Part shown: in pieces, positions 16,661 to 26,459 of the stretch | Layout of the letters: each line of letters opens with the position of its first letter | How positions within the stretch are numbered: the first letter of the stretch is position 1 | Origin: a virus | UHGV virus genome: UHGV-0466844 | Direction: 5' to 3' (one strand) | Length of the DNA stretch: 38,567 bases | Made by a program: the position numbers and the translations under genes | Notes under the pieces: generated by a model | Databases searched by the model: none | What the model was told of the DNA's origin: nothing | What the model saw: only the letters and a program-made list of their open reading frames with translations

Positions 16661-17134
16661 CTATGAGATCTCTTTCGTGATTCTTTCCGCTAATTTCTTC
16701 AGCTCTTCTGCCTGAAGCTTCTCGTCTTCCGTCTTGCGAGTTGCTAGAACTTGCTGGGCTTTTTCGATATTCTCCTTGTACTTGCGGATCTTGCTCACGA
16801 AAAAACCGGAAGCTAACATTTCTTCCTTCAAGTCAATAAAAATTTGATTATATGCTTCTTCTTCACTCATGCCGCCATCCACAAGATTATCCACGTAATT
16901 TTGAACAGCTTCTAAAACATCGTTTTCGGTGAAATTTTTATCTACAATTTGCAACAAATTGACTAAGGCGTCGTCTTCTTTTTCAAGAACTTGGACAAAT
17001 AGAACCCCCGCACCATCGTTTTGCGAGTTTCCTTCTTTGTCTTTAGTTCCTAATTTTTTATTAGCTTTAAAATTTAAGGCGTAATTAAACTTGATTTTTT
17101 GCTCTTTGTTTTTAATTTTGATATCAAATGACAT
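16661..17134 (-). CDS. Tail assembly chaperone (gpG-like, acidic)
   Basis: 157-aa acidic protein between the major tail and tape measure genes. Confidence 0.6.
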   Translation of the reverse strand: MSFDIKIKNKEQKIKFNYALNFKANKKLGTKDKEGNSQNDGAGVLFVQVLEKEDDALVNLLQIVDKNFTENDVLEAVQNYVDNLVDGGMSEEEAYNQIFIDLKEEMLASGFFVSKIRKYKENIEKAQQVLATRKTEDEKLQAEELKKLAERITKEIS

Positions 17135-17227
17135 TCCAATGTCCTCCTATGTTTAAAAATAGAGACCAAGGATTACTCCTTAGTCTCTGGATCAGTTTCT
17201 TCATTCCCCGCATCTTCTGCGGGAGGA

Positions 17228-17818
17228 TTAGGGTGTAGGCGTTGTTTTGATTTCATCATAGTCGCCTGTGGTTTCGCCAGGGTTTTGGTAATCATACAGT
17301 GCTTCAATTGCTGAAATATCATCATCTGACAATGGGAATTTTCCTTCTTGAAGCTTTCCGATAATGTTTAATGTGTAAGAAGCTTCTACAAGATCATCAC
17401 CGTCTGCGATTTCTACATCATCAGGCATACCATAGCCGAATTCTGCTGGATACAGTTTGACATCAGTTTCGCCCTCGACTGCTTCTGCAACAGAATCATC
17501 AATTTCCACACGCCAAACTTTTACAGAAGTGCCGTTTTTCTTTGCATCTTTGACAACTTTGATTGCTTCGTCTTTTGGTACAAAATATTGTGTCAAATCA
17601 ATCGAATGCTCATCCGTTGATTTGATGATGATACGCCCCATTTTAGTTTGTTCATCAATATTTTCTCCGCCATAGGTTACGCCGCCTTCTGTTTGAAAAG
17701 CAGGCAATAGCGCAGGTGAGCCAATTGCTGCGGAAACTGATTGGATAAAATACCAGACTTTCTTAGCAGTCAATGCTTTACCTGTGGTTTTTTTGACGCC
17801 ATTATTTACAATAGCCAT
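17228..17818 (-). CDS. Major tail protein
   Basis: 196-aa ORF upstream of G/T with strong RBS (GGAGGAATGAAACATGGCT). Confidence 0.7.
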   Translation of the reverse strand: MAIVNNGVKKTTGKALTAKKVWYFIQSVSAAIGSPALLPAFQTEGGVTYGGENIDEQTKMGRIIIKSTDEHSIDLTQYFVPKDEAIKVVKDAKKNGTSVKVWRVEIDDSVAEAVEGETDVKLYPAEFGYGMPDDVEIADGDDLVEASYTLNIIGKLQEGKFPLSDDDISAIEALYDYQNPGETTGDYDEIKTTPTP

Positions 17819-17830
17819 GTTTCATTCCTC

Positions 17831-18181
17831 CTAAATTATTAGATCATTGATTCTGAAAACTACATGATAGACTTCTCGACCAACTGAGCTATCAATAAGC
17901 ACTTGGTGAGTAAGTCGCTTGTTTAACGCAACTTTCGTTTTAAAAATAGCTTCTTCTAAATTTGTCCGACTGTTAATCGGATAAAATAAGTCGATCTGCA
18001 AACTTGTATCAACGATCGCTGGTCCAAATTTAGCACTGGATGAATCATCCCCAGTGTGTGTGCCTATCACATAAAAAGGCTCCTTGGTTTCTGGATCAGG
18101 GAGCTTAAATTCTACTGGAATGCCAGTGGTAGATAACTTTTGAGATACATTTTTAAGATATTCTGTCATAGGAGAGTACAT
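17831..18181 (-). CDS. Tail component (tail terminator/completion-like)
   Basis: Position between the head-tail joining genes and the major tail gene. Confidence 0.45.
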   Translation of the reverse strand: MYSPMTEYLKNVSQKLSTTGIPVEFKLPDPETKEPFYVIGTHTGDDSSSAKFGPAIVDTSLQIDLFYPINSRTNLEEAIFKTKVALNKRLTHQVLIDSSVGREVYHVVFRINDLII

Positions 18182-18185
18182 GCAA

Positions 18186-18563
18186 TCACCCTCTCACTAG
18201 CTTTGCAAGCCGTTTTTGCAAGACTGGCCAATCTGCCTTTAATGCTGGGAATAAAAATGGCTGCGCAAACATGAAGCGAGTCCCCATCTCAACAAAGATG
18301 GAGTATTCAGCTGGCGAGATAACTTCTGCTTGCATCAAACCAACTACACTGGCATAGATATTATTTGACATCCAACCAGTATCCCAAGCTGCCAATTTCT
18401 TACTGCGTTTTTCCACACGCAAGCTTGAAAGCTTAATTTCCTGATCAATGGCTTTATCCAACTGAGGTGCTTTTCGCTGAACGTTTCGAATAAATTGCTT
18501 CATGCCTTTTATTTTAACGCTTTTACTCATGTCAAAATCACCACCGTTGAATTTCGGTGCCAC
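18186..18563 (-). CDS. HK97 gp10-like head-tail joining protein
   Basis: Size and position. Confidence 0.5.
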   Translation of the reverse strand: MAPKFNGGDFDMSKSVKIKGMKQFIRNVQRKAPQLDKAIDQEIKLSSLRVEKRSKKLAAWDTGWMSNNIYASVVGLMQAEVISPAEYSIFVEMGTRFMFAQPFLFPALKADWPVLQKRLAKLVRG

Positions 18564-18808
18564 TTCGTCTGATAAACAGATCGTTCCAAACTATCGTATT
18601 CAATTTTAGAAAATCCTTTATGAATTCCTTGAATATGCAATTTGAATGCCTTCTGATTGTACTTTCCGAAGATCCCGATTTGTTCATTATTTGTTAATCC
18701 AGTTTTGCCACATGGTTCAATCATTTGCTTTTCGTCCATGGCATCGTCGCCAAGATAACTAGGGACTTTTCTTTCATAGGTTATCTTGACACGATCGTTG
18801 TAATTCAA
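18527..18808 (-). CDS. Head closure / head-tail adaptor protein
   Basis: 93-aa ORF overlapping its neighbours in the connector cluster. Confidence 0.5.
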   Translation of the reverse strand: MNYNDRVKITYERKVPSYLGDDAMDEKQMIEPCGKTGLTNNEQIGIFGKYNQKAFKLHIQGIHKGFSKIEYDSLERSVYQTKWHRNSTVVILT

Positions 18809-19161
18809 CTAAAAAACCTCGTGATACCTTTGCCGGCACGGATTGCCGGCTTAGTATACTCATCGAAAATATCCAGATATTCATTTAAATAAGATGGTTC
18901 CCAAGAGTAGGAACGACCTTCCTCGCTATCTGCAGTAGTCCCTTCACTGTTTCGTTTGTTAAAACGTTTGATAGCGACATCTCTATGAATATAGATCAGA
19001 TCATCTGGAATAGACTTGTGTTTTTCAGTATCATTTTTGGCAGCAAATTGATTCAATGCAGATAAGATCCGTTGCTCACTATCCTTAATAATAAGGTTAA
19101 GCAGCGGATCTTGAAGCTCATCAGCAATACCTAGAAATAGCTTGATATCTTCTAACATCAA
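18805..19161 (-). CDS. Head-tail connector protein (gp6-like)
   Basis: N-terminus MMLEDIKLFLGIADELQDPLLNLIIKDSEQRI resembles gp6-like connector proteins. Confidence 0.6.
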   Translation of the reverse strand: MMLEDIKLFLGIADELQDPLLNLIIKDSEQRILSALNQFAAKNDTEKHKSIPDDLIYIHRDVAIKRFNKRNSEGTTADSEEGRSYSWEPSYLNEYLDIFDEYTKPAIRAGKGITRFFS

Positions 19162-19175
19162 TAGCCACCTCTTTC

Positions 19176-20132
19176 TTATTCGCCTGCGCCACCGTCATCA
19201 GGAACTGTAGGTGCGTCAATCGTTGCTTCAACAACGCCTGTAGGGATTTCAGGGAACAACACCATAGCATTCATGAATAGTGATTCGTAAGTGGCGTTGC
19301 GCAAAGTACGGCCGCGAGTAGCAGAAATAAATCCAGTTTCATCAGTGAAATCGACGAAGATATCACCAAGATCTGAAGCATTCATGTCCAAGTAAGCCAG
19401 AACGATATTATCTACTGCAGTAGAATAAATCTTGCCTTGTGGCACTGAGTTTAAGACAACTACATTCGATGCACCTGTAAAGTTTTTCAACAATGTCATT
19501 CCAAAGACATTAGAGGCATCTGCCAACACTTTGGTATCTCCCAAGTAATCGGAAACGTCCAAAGGGTTAACGAAAGAAACAAATTCTGCTCCATCAAATT
19601 CATCAAAGGTACTTAATTTTCCCCATGAGTTTGCTAACGCCTTTTGTAATCCAACACCATTAATTTTGGTTGGCGCTGTTCCCAAGAAAGTTGTGAACTG
19701 TGTTTTGATACCGCCTTGGATTTGTCGAAGTAACTTATTGTCTGCTTGATCAATTGCCAATGAAGCACCATGACGCGCAATTGCTTCAGCAGATACAGCA
19801 CGACGCCATTTACCAAAGGTCACTTGATGTGAAGGTCCTTTAGTCCGAGTGACTTTAGATAATGGGATATCTTCACCCTCAGCAACATTCCCGCTTTTCA
19901 CATCAGTTGTCCATTTATACATTTGAATCTTCAAATCTTGAGAAAGAGGCTCCAATCGAGTAACACCTAGCAAAGCAAGCAAGTCTTTGATTCCTGCTTC
20001 AAAACGACTAACAAAATCAATCGACTTGATTTCACCCAAATCATCCATAGTTGTTAAATTTGTTTCAGCAGCAAAAAACTGCAATTGCATTTTCAATAAA
20101 CGCTCTTTGTTTGATTTTGACATATTTTTCAT
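19176..20132 (-). CDS. Major capsid protein
   Basis: 318 aa, directly downstream of the scaffold gene. N-terminal LQFFA motif. Confidence 0.75.
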   Translation of the reverse strand: MKNMSKSNKERLLKMQLQFFAAETNLTTMDDLGEIKSIDFVSRFEAGIKDLLALLGVTRLEPLSQDLKIQMYKWTTDVKSGNVAEGEDIPLSKVTRTKGPSHQVTFGKWRRAVSAEAIARHGASLAIDQADNKLLRQIQGGIKTQFTTFLGTAPTKINGVGLQKALANSWGKLSTFDEFDGAEFVSFVNPLDVSDYLGDTKVLADASNVFGMTLLKNFTGASNVVVLNSVPQGKIYSTAVDNIVLAYLDMNASDLGDIFVDFTDETGFISATRGRTLRNATYESLFMNAMVLFPEIPTGVVEATIDAPTVPDDGGAGE

Positions 20133-20145
20133 GTTGTTTTTCCTC

Positions 20146-20769
20146 CTAAAATAATTCTCTGTTTGCAGCGATCATTCGTTGGCGTTCAGCAGTATCTTTG
20201 ATTGCCATGATTTCCGCTTTGGTCATTTGACCAGCACCAGTACCAACTTTTGTTTTGTTTTTCGAAGCTAGTCGTTCATTGACCTTTGCTTCTACCGCTT
20301 TGTCCCATTCAGCACGAAAAGCTTTCACATCTTCTAAGATATCTTCAGCAGTATCACCGGTAATACGATGAGCAAAATCCGCCGGAATTCCTTGAGCAGT
20401 TAGTTGCTTGCCTTTTTCTACAAACAATTGTTGCTTTCGAAATTCTTCTTTTTCTTTTTCAAACTCTGTTCGGTCTTTATCCAAAAGTGCTTTTTGACGA
20501 TCTTCTTCAGATAGCTTTGCCAAACGTGCAGCTTCATTTTTTTCTTCTTCGGCTTCTTTTTGCCAACGTGACTTTTTACTTTTGACAATAGAATCGACAT
20601 CCTTGTCGTCCTTGAAGCCAAATTTTTCTTTGATGGCTGCCAATTGCTCTTCATTCAATTCATCGACATTGAATTCTGGTGGTGTATGATCTCCCGGGTT
20701 ATCATCTCCACCGTCTTCAGCGAAGAATTGTAGATTCAATGGCATAAAAAATTTCTTAGTTGTTTTCAT
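20146..20769 (-). CDS. Scaffolding protein
   Basis: N-terminal MPLNLQFFAE motif, highly charged coiled-coil body, position before the capsid gene. Confidence 0.8.
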   Translation of the reverse strand: MKTTKKFFMPLNLQFFAEDGGDDNPGDHTPPEFNVDELNEEQLAAIKEKFGFKDDKDVDSIVKSKKSRWQKEAEEEKNEAARLAKLSEEDRQKALLDKDRTEFEKEKEEFRKQQLFVEKGKQLTAQGIPADFAHRITGDTAEDILEDVKAFRAEWDKAVEAKVNERLASKNKTKVGTGAGQMTKAEIMAIKDTAERQRMIAANRELF

Positions 20770-20871
20770 GATTTGTTGCTCCTTCCATATCTTTTTACGT
20801 GGATAAATGCTTGCACTTCCATAGCTTTTAAAGTCTTCAATGCTTGGACAAAATAAAAAGCCCAGCGGCTG

Positions 20872-21093
20872 CTAGACTTCCATTTCTTGAATTAGTTGTT
20901 GTTTCGCTACTTCCATCATGCCGATAGCGTTGAGGGACGTACTTTGTGTGTAAAAGGACGAGATAATTCCATTCTGATCTACACCAACCACAACAATACT
21001 TTCCGCATCTTTAAAGAATTCTTTTGATTGATCCATGAACTCTTCATTGCTCACACCACGTTCTTTCTTACGCTTCAATTCTTTGAAATCCAT
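20872..21093 (-). CDS. Hypothetical protein (73 aa)
   Basis: ORF between the head morphogenesis and scaffold genes. Confidence 0.4.
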   Translation of the reverse strand: MDFKELKRKKERGVSNEEFMDQSKEFFKDAESIVVVGVDQNGIISSFYTQSTSLNAIGMMEVAKQQLIQEMEV

Positions 21094-21148
21094 GGGTACC
21101 TCCTATAATCGCTATTTAACGCATAACTGCGAGACACGTGGATCACCA

Positions 21149-21319
21149 TCACTTTCCGCCATGCCGGCTTTTGTATTCCGTTGTATCAAAATCAGGTGGT
21201 TCTTTTTTATTAATTATGTTCCATCCAGTTTTTAAAATTGTAATTGTAATTGTAATAACCAACGATAATGCTATTAAAGGCACTCCAACAAGCATTAGGA
21301 CAAATTTCATCATCATAGA
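21149..21319 (-). CDS. Small membrane protein (~56 aa) containing an ITITITI stretch encoded by a (TTGTAA)x3 tandem repeat
   Basis: Hand-translated: MMMKFVLMLVGVPLIALSLVITITITILKTGWN... RBS GGAGTGAtatctATG. Not in the track (<60 aa). Confidence 0.3.
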   Translation of the reverse strand, partial: SMMMKFVLMLVGVPLIALSLVITITITILKTGWNIINKKEPPDFDTTEYKSRHGGK

Positions 21320-21327
21320 TATCACTC

Positions 21328-22251
21328 CTATTCTTCATAACCTAGTTCTGAATCGTCCGGAACAATTCCGGTTCGACATCCCACGTGATAAGGTGGTGCT
21401 GTGATACCGGGTTGATATTCAACTAACAAAAATGTTTTATCTTCACGATTCACTCGCAGGCATATTTCAGTGGTCCGGTCGTCAACATGAACATTATTTT
21501 TGTACTTGGTCAATCCAAAATCTTCAAAGCGTTTAGCAGCTGACAAATTTACAACATTTGTTCCATCTGTACGCACTATAGCTTCTGCTCTACTTTTGGC
21601 CACATTGTATTTTTTACGCAGTTCACGAGCCATATCGGCTGGACTAGATCCACGAATAAATCCTTGAGTAAGAACTTTTTTTAGGTCTTTGGCAAGATCA
21701 TCTGTATTCCCCCAAATACTGGAAGAATAATTTTTCCCATTAAAGGGAGTTTTTACAATCTGTTCCAAAGCAGCTTTGTTCAATGTGCTTTTAGAGTTTC
21801 CGCCGATTATTTTACGATAAGCATATTGAGCTACTTCTTTTAGATATCGATCGAATGACTTATGCAATTCTCCGCTCATTTTGCCTAAGTGCCATTCCAT
21901 ATCTAGGTGCAATGCTTCAAGCCGTGTCACTTTTCCGGCTTTGTACTGCTCATTCAGCCGCTTCAATAATTCGGGATCTTTTTCAGCTTGTTTGAAATAC
22001 TTCTCAGCATTTGCTCGATAATCAGACAGATCTTCACGCATAAGCCTTTGTTTTGCTTCCTGTAGCGTAATTTGATTATCTTTGGCATATTGTGCATAAA
22101 ACGCATAAATCTCTTTCTGCACGTTCTGACGGCCTTCTGTGTAAATAGTCTGCAACTCATCGAAGAAATCGATATCTGTTCGATCAACATAAGCCATGAT
22201 TTCATCCATACGACCGGACCAGTATTTCGGTGATTTATTGAGTTTAGCCAT
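21328..22251 (-). CDS. Head morphogenesis protein, SPP1 gp7 / Mu F family
   Basis: C-terminal Phage_Mu_F-like region (...VRTDGTNVVNLSAAKRF...HVGCRTGIVP). Position after the portal gene. Confidence 0.8.
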   Translation of the reverse strand: MAKLNKSPKYWSGRMDEIMAYVDRTDIDFFDELQTIYTEGRQNVQKEIYAFYAQYAKDNQITLQEAKQRLMREDLSDYRANAEKYFKQAEKDPELLKRLNEQYKAGKVTRLEALHLDMEWHLGKMSGELHKSFDRYLKEVAQYAYRKIIGGNSKSTLNKAALEQIVKTPFNGKNYSSSIWGNTDDLAKDLKKVLTQGFIRGSSPADMARELRKKYNVAKSRAEAIVRTDGTNVVNLSAAKRFEDFGLTKYKNNVHVDDRTTEICLRVNREDKTFLLVEYQPGITAPPYHVGCRTGIVPDDSELGYEE

Positions 22252-22459
22252 TTTTTTGACCTGCTAAAATAATTTGCATCGCTTGTTCTTCGGTAAATCC
22301 TTGTTCTTGCAGGAGAACAAAGTAGTTCCAATTAATTTTTGCAGTTAGTTCCATCGACTGAATGGAGAAAGCTTCGATGGCTGCCATTTGTTTGTCTTCC
22401 GATGTATCACTGTTCATCTCCGTCAGCATTTCTAACATTTTTTTCATTAGCTCTTTCAT
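22244..22459 (-). CDS. Hypothetical protein (~71 aa from the internal start; the full ORF runs to 22534 and overlaps the portal 3' end)
   Basis: ORF in a different frame from the portal C-terminus. The best RBS (GGAGGAtgaaggaaATG) favours the start near 22459. Confidence 0.35.
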   Translation of the reverse strand: MKELMKKMLEMLTEMNSDTSEDKQMAAIEAFSIQSMELTAKINWNYFVLLQEQGFTEEQAMQIILAGQKNG

Positions 22460-23963
22460 TTCCTTCATCCTCCATTTGTGGACGTCTGGGCGGAGTTGTT
22501 CCACCAGCGTCTTCTTTGATTCGTTCCAACTCAACTTCTGGATCTACACCAGTGACTGTTTTCAGAATTTCAAAAAGTGTCTCATCAGATACTTGCCCCA
22601 CAAGCTGACTTGCCAGCGCAACAATTTCACTGTCTGACTTAGGAACATTGGCCGTAAATATGATATTCGTATCATTGATTTGATCATAAGCAACAGAATC
22701 ATTTCCTTTGATTCGCCAAATATTAACCGCTAGCCTCAAACGTCGCATTAAACCTTTTTCAAACAAGCGTTGTTGCATGACACGGCGATTATCTGCGGCC
22801 ATCAATTTATATTTCATGCTTTCTCCAGACTGGACACCTGAAAAATTATCATCCGTTACATCCGGAGTAAATGTGAAGCGCAAGATATCATTCACTAAGC
22901 GTTTCTTGTAGGCTTCAGCGCCTTCAGTATCGTATTCTTTTACAAGGTAAAAGGCATTTGGCTGTGCGCCATTTGGATTCGGATTATCATCTAAGTACAT
23001 CAATTTCGCACGTTTGAACGCTAATGAAACAGCAAGCCGCGAATTAGGAACGATATTCCCTTCTTCGTCTAAGTCGTTTTGAGCAGTACCTGTATAGGGG
23101 TTTCCAGCAATTACAAGGATTGCATCCATCGTGTCTTGCTGATAATTTGCTAGTTCGGATTGCGAAAGATCATATGCATCGATCGAATCTAAAACTGGCT
23201 CAAACGCACCAGTACGATCTTCGTTGTTCGCAAACTCATTAACAGGAACGCCGTCAAATGCATAATCGTCAAAATCGACTAGATGCATGCCCTTTTCCTC
23301 TTGATTGCTGTTTACATACATATAAACCATATCTGACGTGTATACATTGATAAAATCTTTGCGAACGCCGTCACCATAATCAAGTGTGTAATAATAAACA
23401 CCGAATAAAGAATTACTGTCAGTTGTGTCATCGTAAACAACAAATGTTTGTTCCGGATTTAGTTTAACTAATTTGACATAAGCACTTCCTGATTCGTCTA
23501 ACACTGTAGTCTCCAGTTCATAGGCCCTACCGTAAATTGATAAATCTGTCTTAATCAATACATTGTGATAAGTTTCGTTGTTCCTATTATTGAAATCGTC
23601 AATTTGCGCTTGGATATTATCGTCATCGTTCTTGTATTGGATAGGTTGACCTAGCATGTATCCTTGCTCAAAGATGGTGATATATCGTGCAAAATCGCTA
23701 GCAATACGATTATCTGCTGCGAATTCATCCGTCTTAGCAGGACGGTATTTGATATTGTTGTCTGATAAAGAATACCGTTTAAGTTCTTTCAATCTAGGTA
23801 CTTGTTCATTTTGATGTCGATTAATGAATTTTTCTAGTCGTGAAATCCAAGTCTCGCTATCAAATTCCACCGAATCGAAATCTTCTTGTGCCATTCTAAA
23901 AACAGCATTCGCATTTTTGTGGTAGCGATGGTTTCTCAAAAATGTAATATTCTTACTGTCCAT
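22407..23963 (-). CDS. Portal protein (SPP1 gp6-like)
   Basis: 518 aa, immediately downstream of the large terminase, acidic C-terminus. Confidence 0.85.
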   Translation of the reverse strand: MDSKNITFLRNHRYHKNANAVFRMAQEDFDSVEFDSETWISRLEKFINRHQNEQVPRLKELKRYSLSDNNIKYRPAKTDEFAADNRIASDFARYITIFEQGYMLGQPIQYKNDDDNIQAQIDDFNNRNNETYHNVLIKTDLSIYGRAYELETTVLDESGSAYVKLVKLNPEQTFVVYDDTTDSNSLFGVYYYTLDYGDGVRKDFINVYTSDMVYMYVNSNQEEKGMHLVDFDDYAFDGVPVNEFANNEDRTGAFEPVLDSIDAYDLSQSELANYQQDTMDAILVIAGNPYTGTAQNDLDEEGNIVPNSRLAVSLAFKRAKLMYLDDNPNPNGAQPNAFYLVKEYDTEGAEAYKKRLVNDILRFTFTPDVTDDNFSGVQSGESMKYKLMAADNRRVMQQRLFEKGLMRRLRLAVNIWRIKGNDSVAYDQINDTNIIFTANVPKSDSEIVALASQLVGQVSDETLFEILKTVTGVDPEVELERIKEDAGGTTPPRRPQMEDEGNERANEKNVRNADGDEQ

Positions 23964-23977
23964 TTCGACCTGCCTTT

Positions 23978-25330
23978 CTAGCCAAAGAAAAACTTGGCTG
24001 CTTTCATTCTCTCTTCAAGATTTTGTTTACTGTACATATCGTCAGAAAATGCATATCGAGTGGCATCGATTGTGTGGTTATCTTTGTCCTCAAGTCGAGG
24101 TTTAGGATTGCCATCCTTATCCGTTTGATAGTCGATATTCTCAAATTCTCTAGCAATATTAGGTGTTCTTTCAGGATCTATACAAATAAAATCCAAGTCA
24201 TCTAACCATTGTTCTCCATACTCCACGCTATCCGGTCCTTTTTTCACTCCGAATACACGTGTCATAAAGTGGTCATTCCTCAATTCGGCTATTGACTTAG
24301 GCTCTGCTGAATCGGCATTAATTCGATCCGATTGATACCCTTTCGCACACGCTTTACTTGCAAACTCACGGTTGCTAATCTTCACACCGTAGATTTCGTC
24401 AATAGCATAGATACCATTTTTTTTCTTGTCGTAGTGCCAACGTACAAATGCCAGCGGATCAGTAGCGTAACCAAAGTCAAGACCGTTGCGGATGTTATCG
24501 AAATTCGCCACCATCTCATCAGTGATAGATCCTGGTTCGATTTGTAAGTTGTCAAAAGGAACCACACCTGAACCGATTGCTTCGCCCATATACTCCCATC
24601 GATATTTCAACGGCTTATTCTTTTTGACGTTTTCCGCTTCTTCAACAAATTTCTTTGATAAATATGGATTACCAAGATACGTTGAGTGATGAACAAAAGT
24701 ATTTGAATCGATAAAACTAGATTCATATTTTTTATTAACCCAAGACTGGCGCCGTTTGGGCGGATTGTATGAATAGTAAAAGCTATAATCAAATGGATAT
24801 ACCTTTTTTCGTTGGCTGTCGGAAGTAAATTTCCCTTCCAACTCTTCACGAAGAATTGAATTTTCAATCGTAGTGACTTCTTCTTCGGTTTTGAATTCTG
24901 CTAATTCTTCCCACCAGCCAATAGCTAGAGGAAAGTCAGCATCTTTGATTGATTTGATTTTTTCAGGATCATCAGCACCAGCAAAGTAAATCTTATTCCC
25001 CCTGGGCTTATATGTGATCTCAAGTTTTGAGTCAACAAAACGAAAAAGATGCCGAACGCCTAAGACGTTTGCAGCACCTTTAAAGTTTGCATAGGATGAT
25101 TTCAAAATTGTATTTTGTACTTTTCTTATTCCAATTGCAGATACTGGATATTCCATCACATCCAACATGATTCTCATAGGGATATGAAATGATTTACCAG
25201 ATCCACGTCCACCTTTTAGGATATATCGAAGGTGCTTCTTTTTCTTGGATGCTATCCAGAAGGATTTGAATTGATCAAGTACGATTTCCGAAAGCCTAAC
25301 CGTCGTTCGTGTCGTCGATATCATCGACAA
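23978..25330 (-). CDS. terL: Terminase large subunit
   Basis: Walker A motif GGRGSGKS near the N-terminus. 450 aa. Follows the small terminase with an overlap. Confidence 0.9.
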   Translation of the reverse strand: MSMISTTRTTVRLSEIVLDQFKSFWIASKKKKHLRYILKGGRGSGKSFHIPMRIMLDVMEYPVSAIGIRKVQNTILKSSYANFKGAANVLGVRHLFRFVDSKLEITYKPRGNKIYFAGADDPEKIKSIKDADFPLAIGWWEELAEFKTEEEVTTIENSILREELEGKFTSDSQRKKVYPFDYSFYYSYNPPKRRQSWVNKKYESSFIDSNTFVHHSTYLGNPYLSKKFVEEAENVKKNKPLKYRWEYMGEAIGSGVVPFDNLQIEPGSITDEMVANFDNIRNGLDFGYATDPLAFVRWHYDKKKNGIYAIDEIYGVKISNREFASKACAKGYQSDRINADSAEPKSIAELRNDHFMTRVFGVKKGPDSVEYGEQWLDDLDFICIDPERTPNIAREFENIDYQTDKDGNPKPRLEDKDNHTIDATRYAFSDDMYSKQNLEERMKAAKFFFG

Positions 25331-25811
25331 TCACCACTTTCTGTGCTGCATTGACATCAAGCTTATCATTGAACATTCCCAAATGACGGCCAAGCATTTC
25401 TAGTGATCTAGTCTTGTCTGCTAATTTAATTTCCCTTTCGACACTTGAGCCTTTTTCTCCCCAAGACTCTTTTACTTTGATTGACTGAATGACTGCCAGA
25501 TCATCATCGGATGCATTTTCTAAAACTGATGCATCTTTCGGATCAATCAAATCAGTTGCTTTAATAAATGCAATTTTCGCTAATTCTTGAAGCACTCGGT
25601 CTTGATTAATGCCAGTACGGCGTGACCGTTCTGCCATTTTTTGTTCAATGTACGTGCGAACCTTGACAATTGTTAACAATCTAGATCCTTGCTGATCGGC
25701 TGTTTTTGGACTATAGCCAGCTCTGATTGCAGCTTGCGTGGCATTTAGGTCAATTAAATACTCATCGGCGAATAGCTGCTGCTTTGGACTAAGTTTGGCC
25801 ATAAATGCCAC
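25296..25811 (-). CDS. terS: Terminase small subunit
   Basis: N-terminus LSPKQQLFADEYLIDLNATQAAIRAGYSPKTA is a typical Terminase_2 HTH. Confidence 0.85.
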   Translation of the reverse strand: MAFMAKLSPKQQLFADEYLIDLNATQAAIRAGYSPKTADQQGSRLLTIVKVRTYIEQKMAERSRRTGINQDRVLQELAKIAFIKATDLIDPKDASVLENASDDDLAVIQSIKVKESWGEKGSSVEREIKLADKTRSLEMLGRHLGMFNDKLDVNAAQKVVIVDDIDDTNDG

Positions 25812-25828
25812 ACTCCTTTCTGTACACG

Positions 25829-25854
25829 AAAAAAGACACCCACAAGGGATGTCT
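25829..25854 (-). terminator. Rho-independent terminator (AAGACACCC-acaa-GGGATGTCTT with a T-run on the minus strand) between the late regulator and terS
   Basis: Stem-loop read directly; followed by TTTTT in the minus-strand direction. Confidence 0.5.
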
Positions 25855-25928
25855 TTCTAGTCACTTTTATTTTACGTTATCATATTAAAACATTTAATCG
25901 GGGATATCAAGGCACTGTTTGTGCACTT

Positions 25929-26459
25929 TCAAACTGATAGGATTTTCTCCAGGTCATTTAAACTATCAATTCCAAATAGAAAAATTGACAGTTCTTTAGT
26001 TGCTTTACTTTCATCTCTTCTGACAGTTGATTCGTCAATACCATATAGCTCTGCAATCTCTGTTTTCTTAAACTCTCCGTGAGAAATATAAAGTTTAAAC
26101 AAAACATCAGCTCTTCTTTGTGCCATTTTCCCACTGTTTTTGCAGTGCTGAAAGAAGGATCCCCAGGTGGCGTCAAAATAATTCATCATGCGTTTGGTTT
26201 TTGCTTTGTACTTCATTAACGCTTTTAAGTTCAATTCCTCGGGATCAAAAATGATATCCTCGTACTCTTCTAGATCCTCAACTATCTCTTCGCAATGTGC
26301 TTCAAGCCATCGGTAATTACGTAGCAAAAGCTTGGTATTTCTCAATCGCCAATCTTTTGAAGAAAGATTTGTTTTATTTTCTTGTTTTTGGTGCTCTCTT
26401 AAAACAGCTTCTGCGATGATTTCTAACTGATGTTTCGTCAAATTGTTCGTTTTGGCCAT
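25929..26459 (-). CDS. ArpU/RinA-like phage late transcriptional activator (sigma region-4-like HTH)
   Basis: C-terminal HTH TEIAELYGIDESTVRRDESKATKELS. Positioned directly upstream of terS. Confidence 0.6.
   Translation of the reverse strand: MAKTNNLTKHQLEIIAEAVLREHQKQENKTNLSSKDWRLRNTKLLLRNYRWLEAHCEEIVEDLEEYEDIIFDPEELNLKALMKYKAKTKRMMNYFDATWGSFFQHCKNSGKMAQRRADVLFKLYISHGEFKKTEIAELYGIDESTVRRDESKATKELSIFLFGIDSLNDLEKILSV

Noticed and set aside
20418-20654. Lys-rich 78-aa minus ORF inside the scaffold gene
   Set aside because: It is an alternate frame of an A/G-rich coding region (the scaffold is Glu/Lys-rich), lacks an RBS, and overlaps a confidently called gene.
21963-22331. 122-aa minus ORF overlapping the head morphogenesis gene 5' region
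   Set aside because: It is out of frame within 21328..22251 and has no independent signals, so it is likely spurious.
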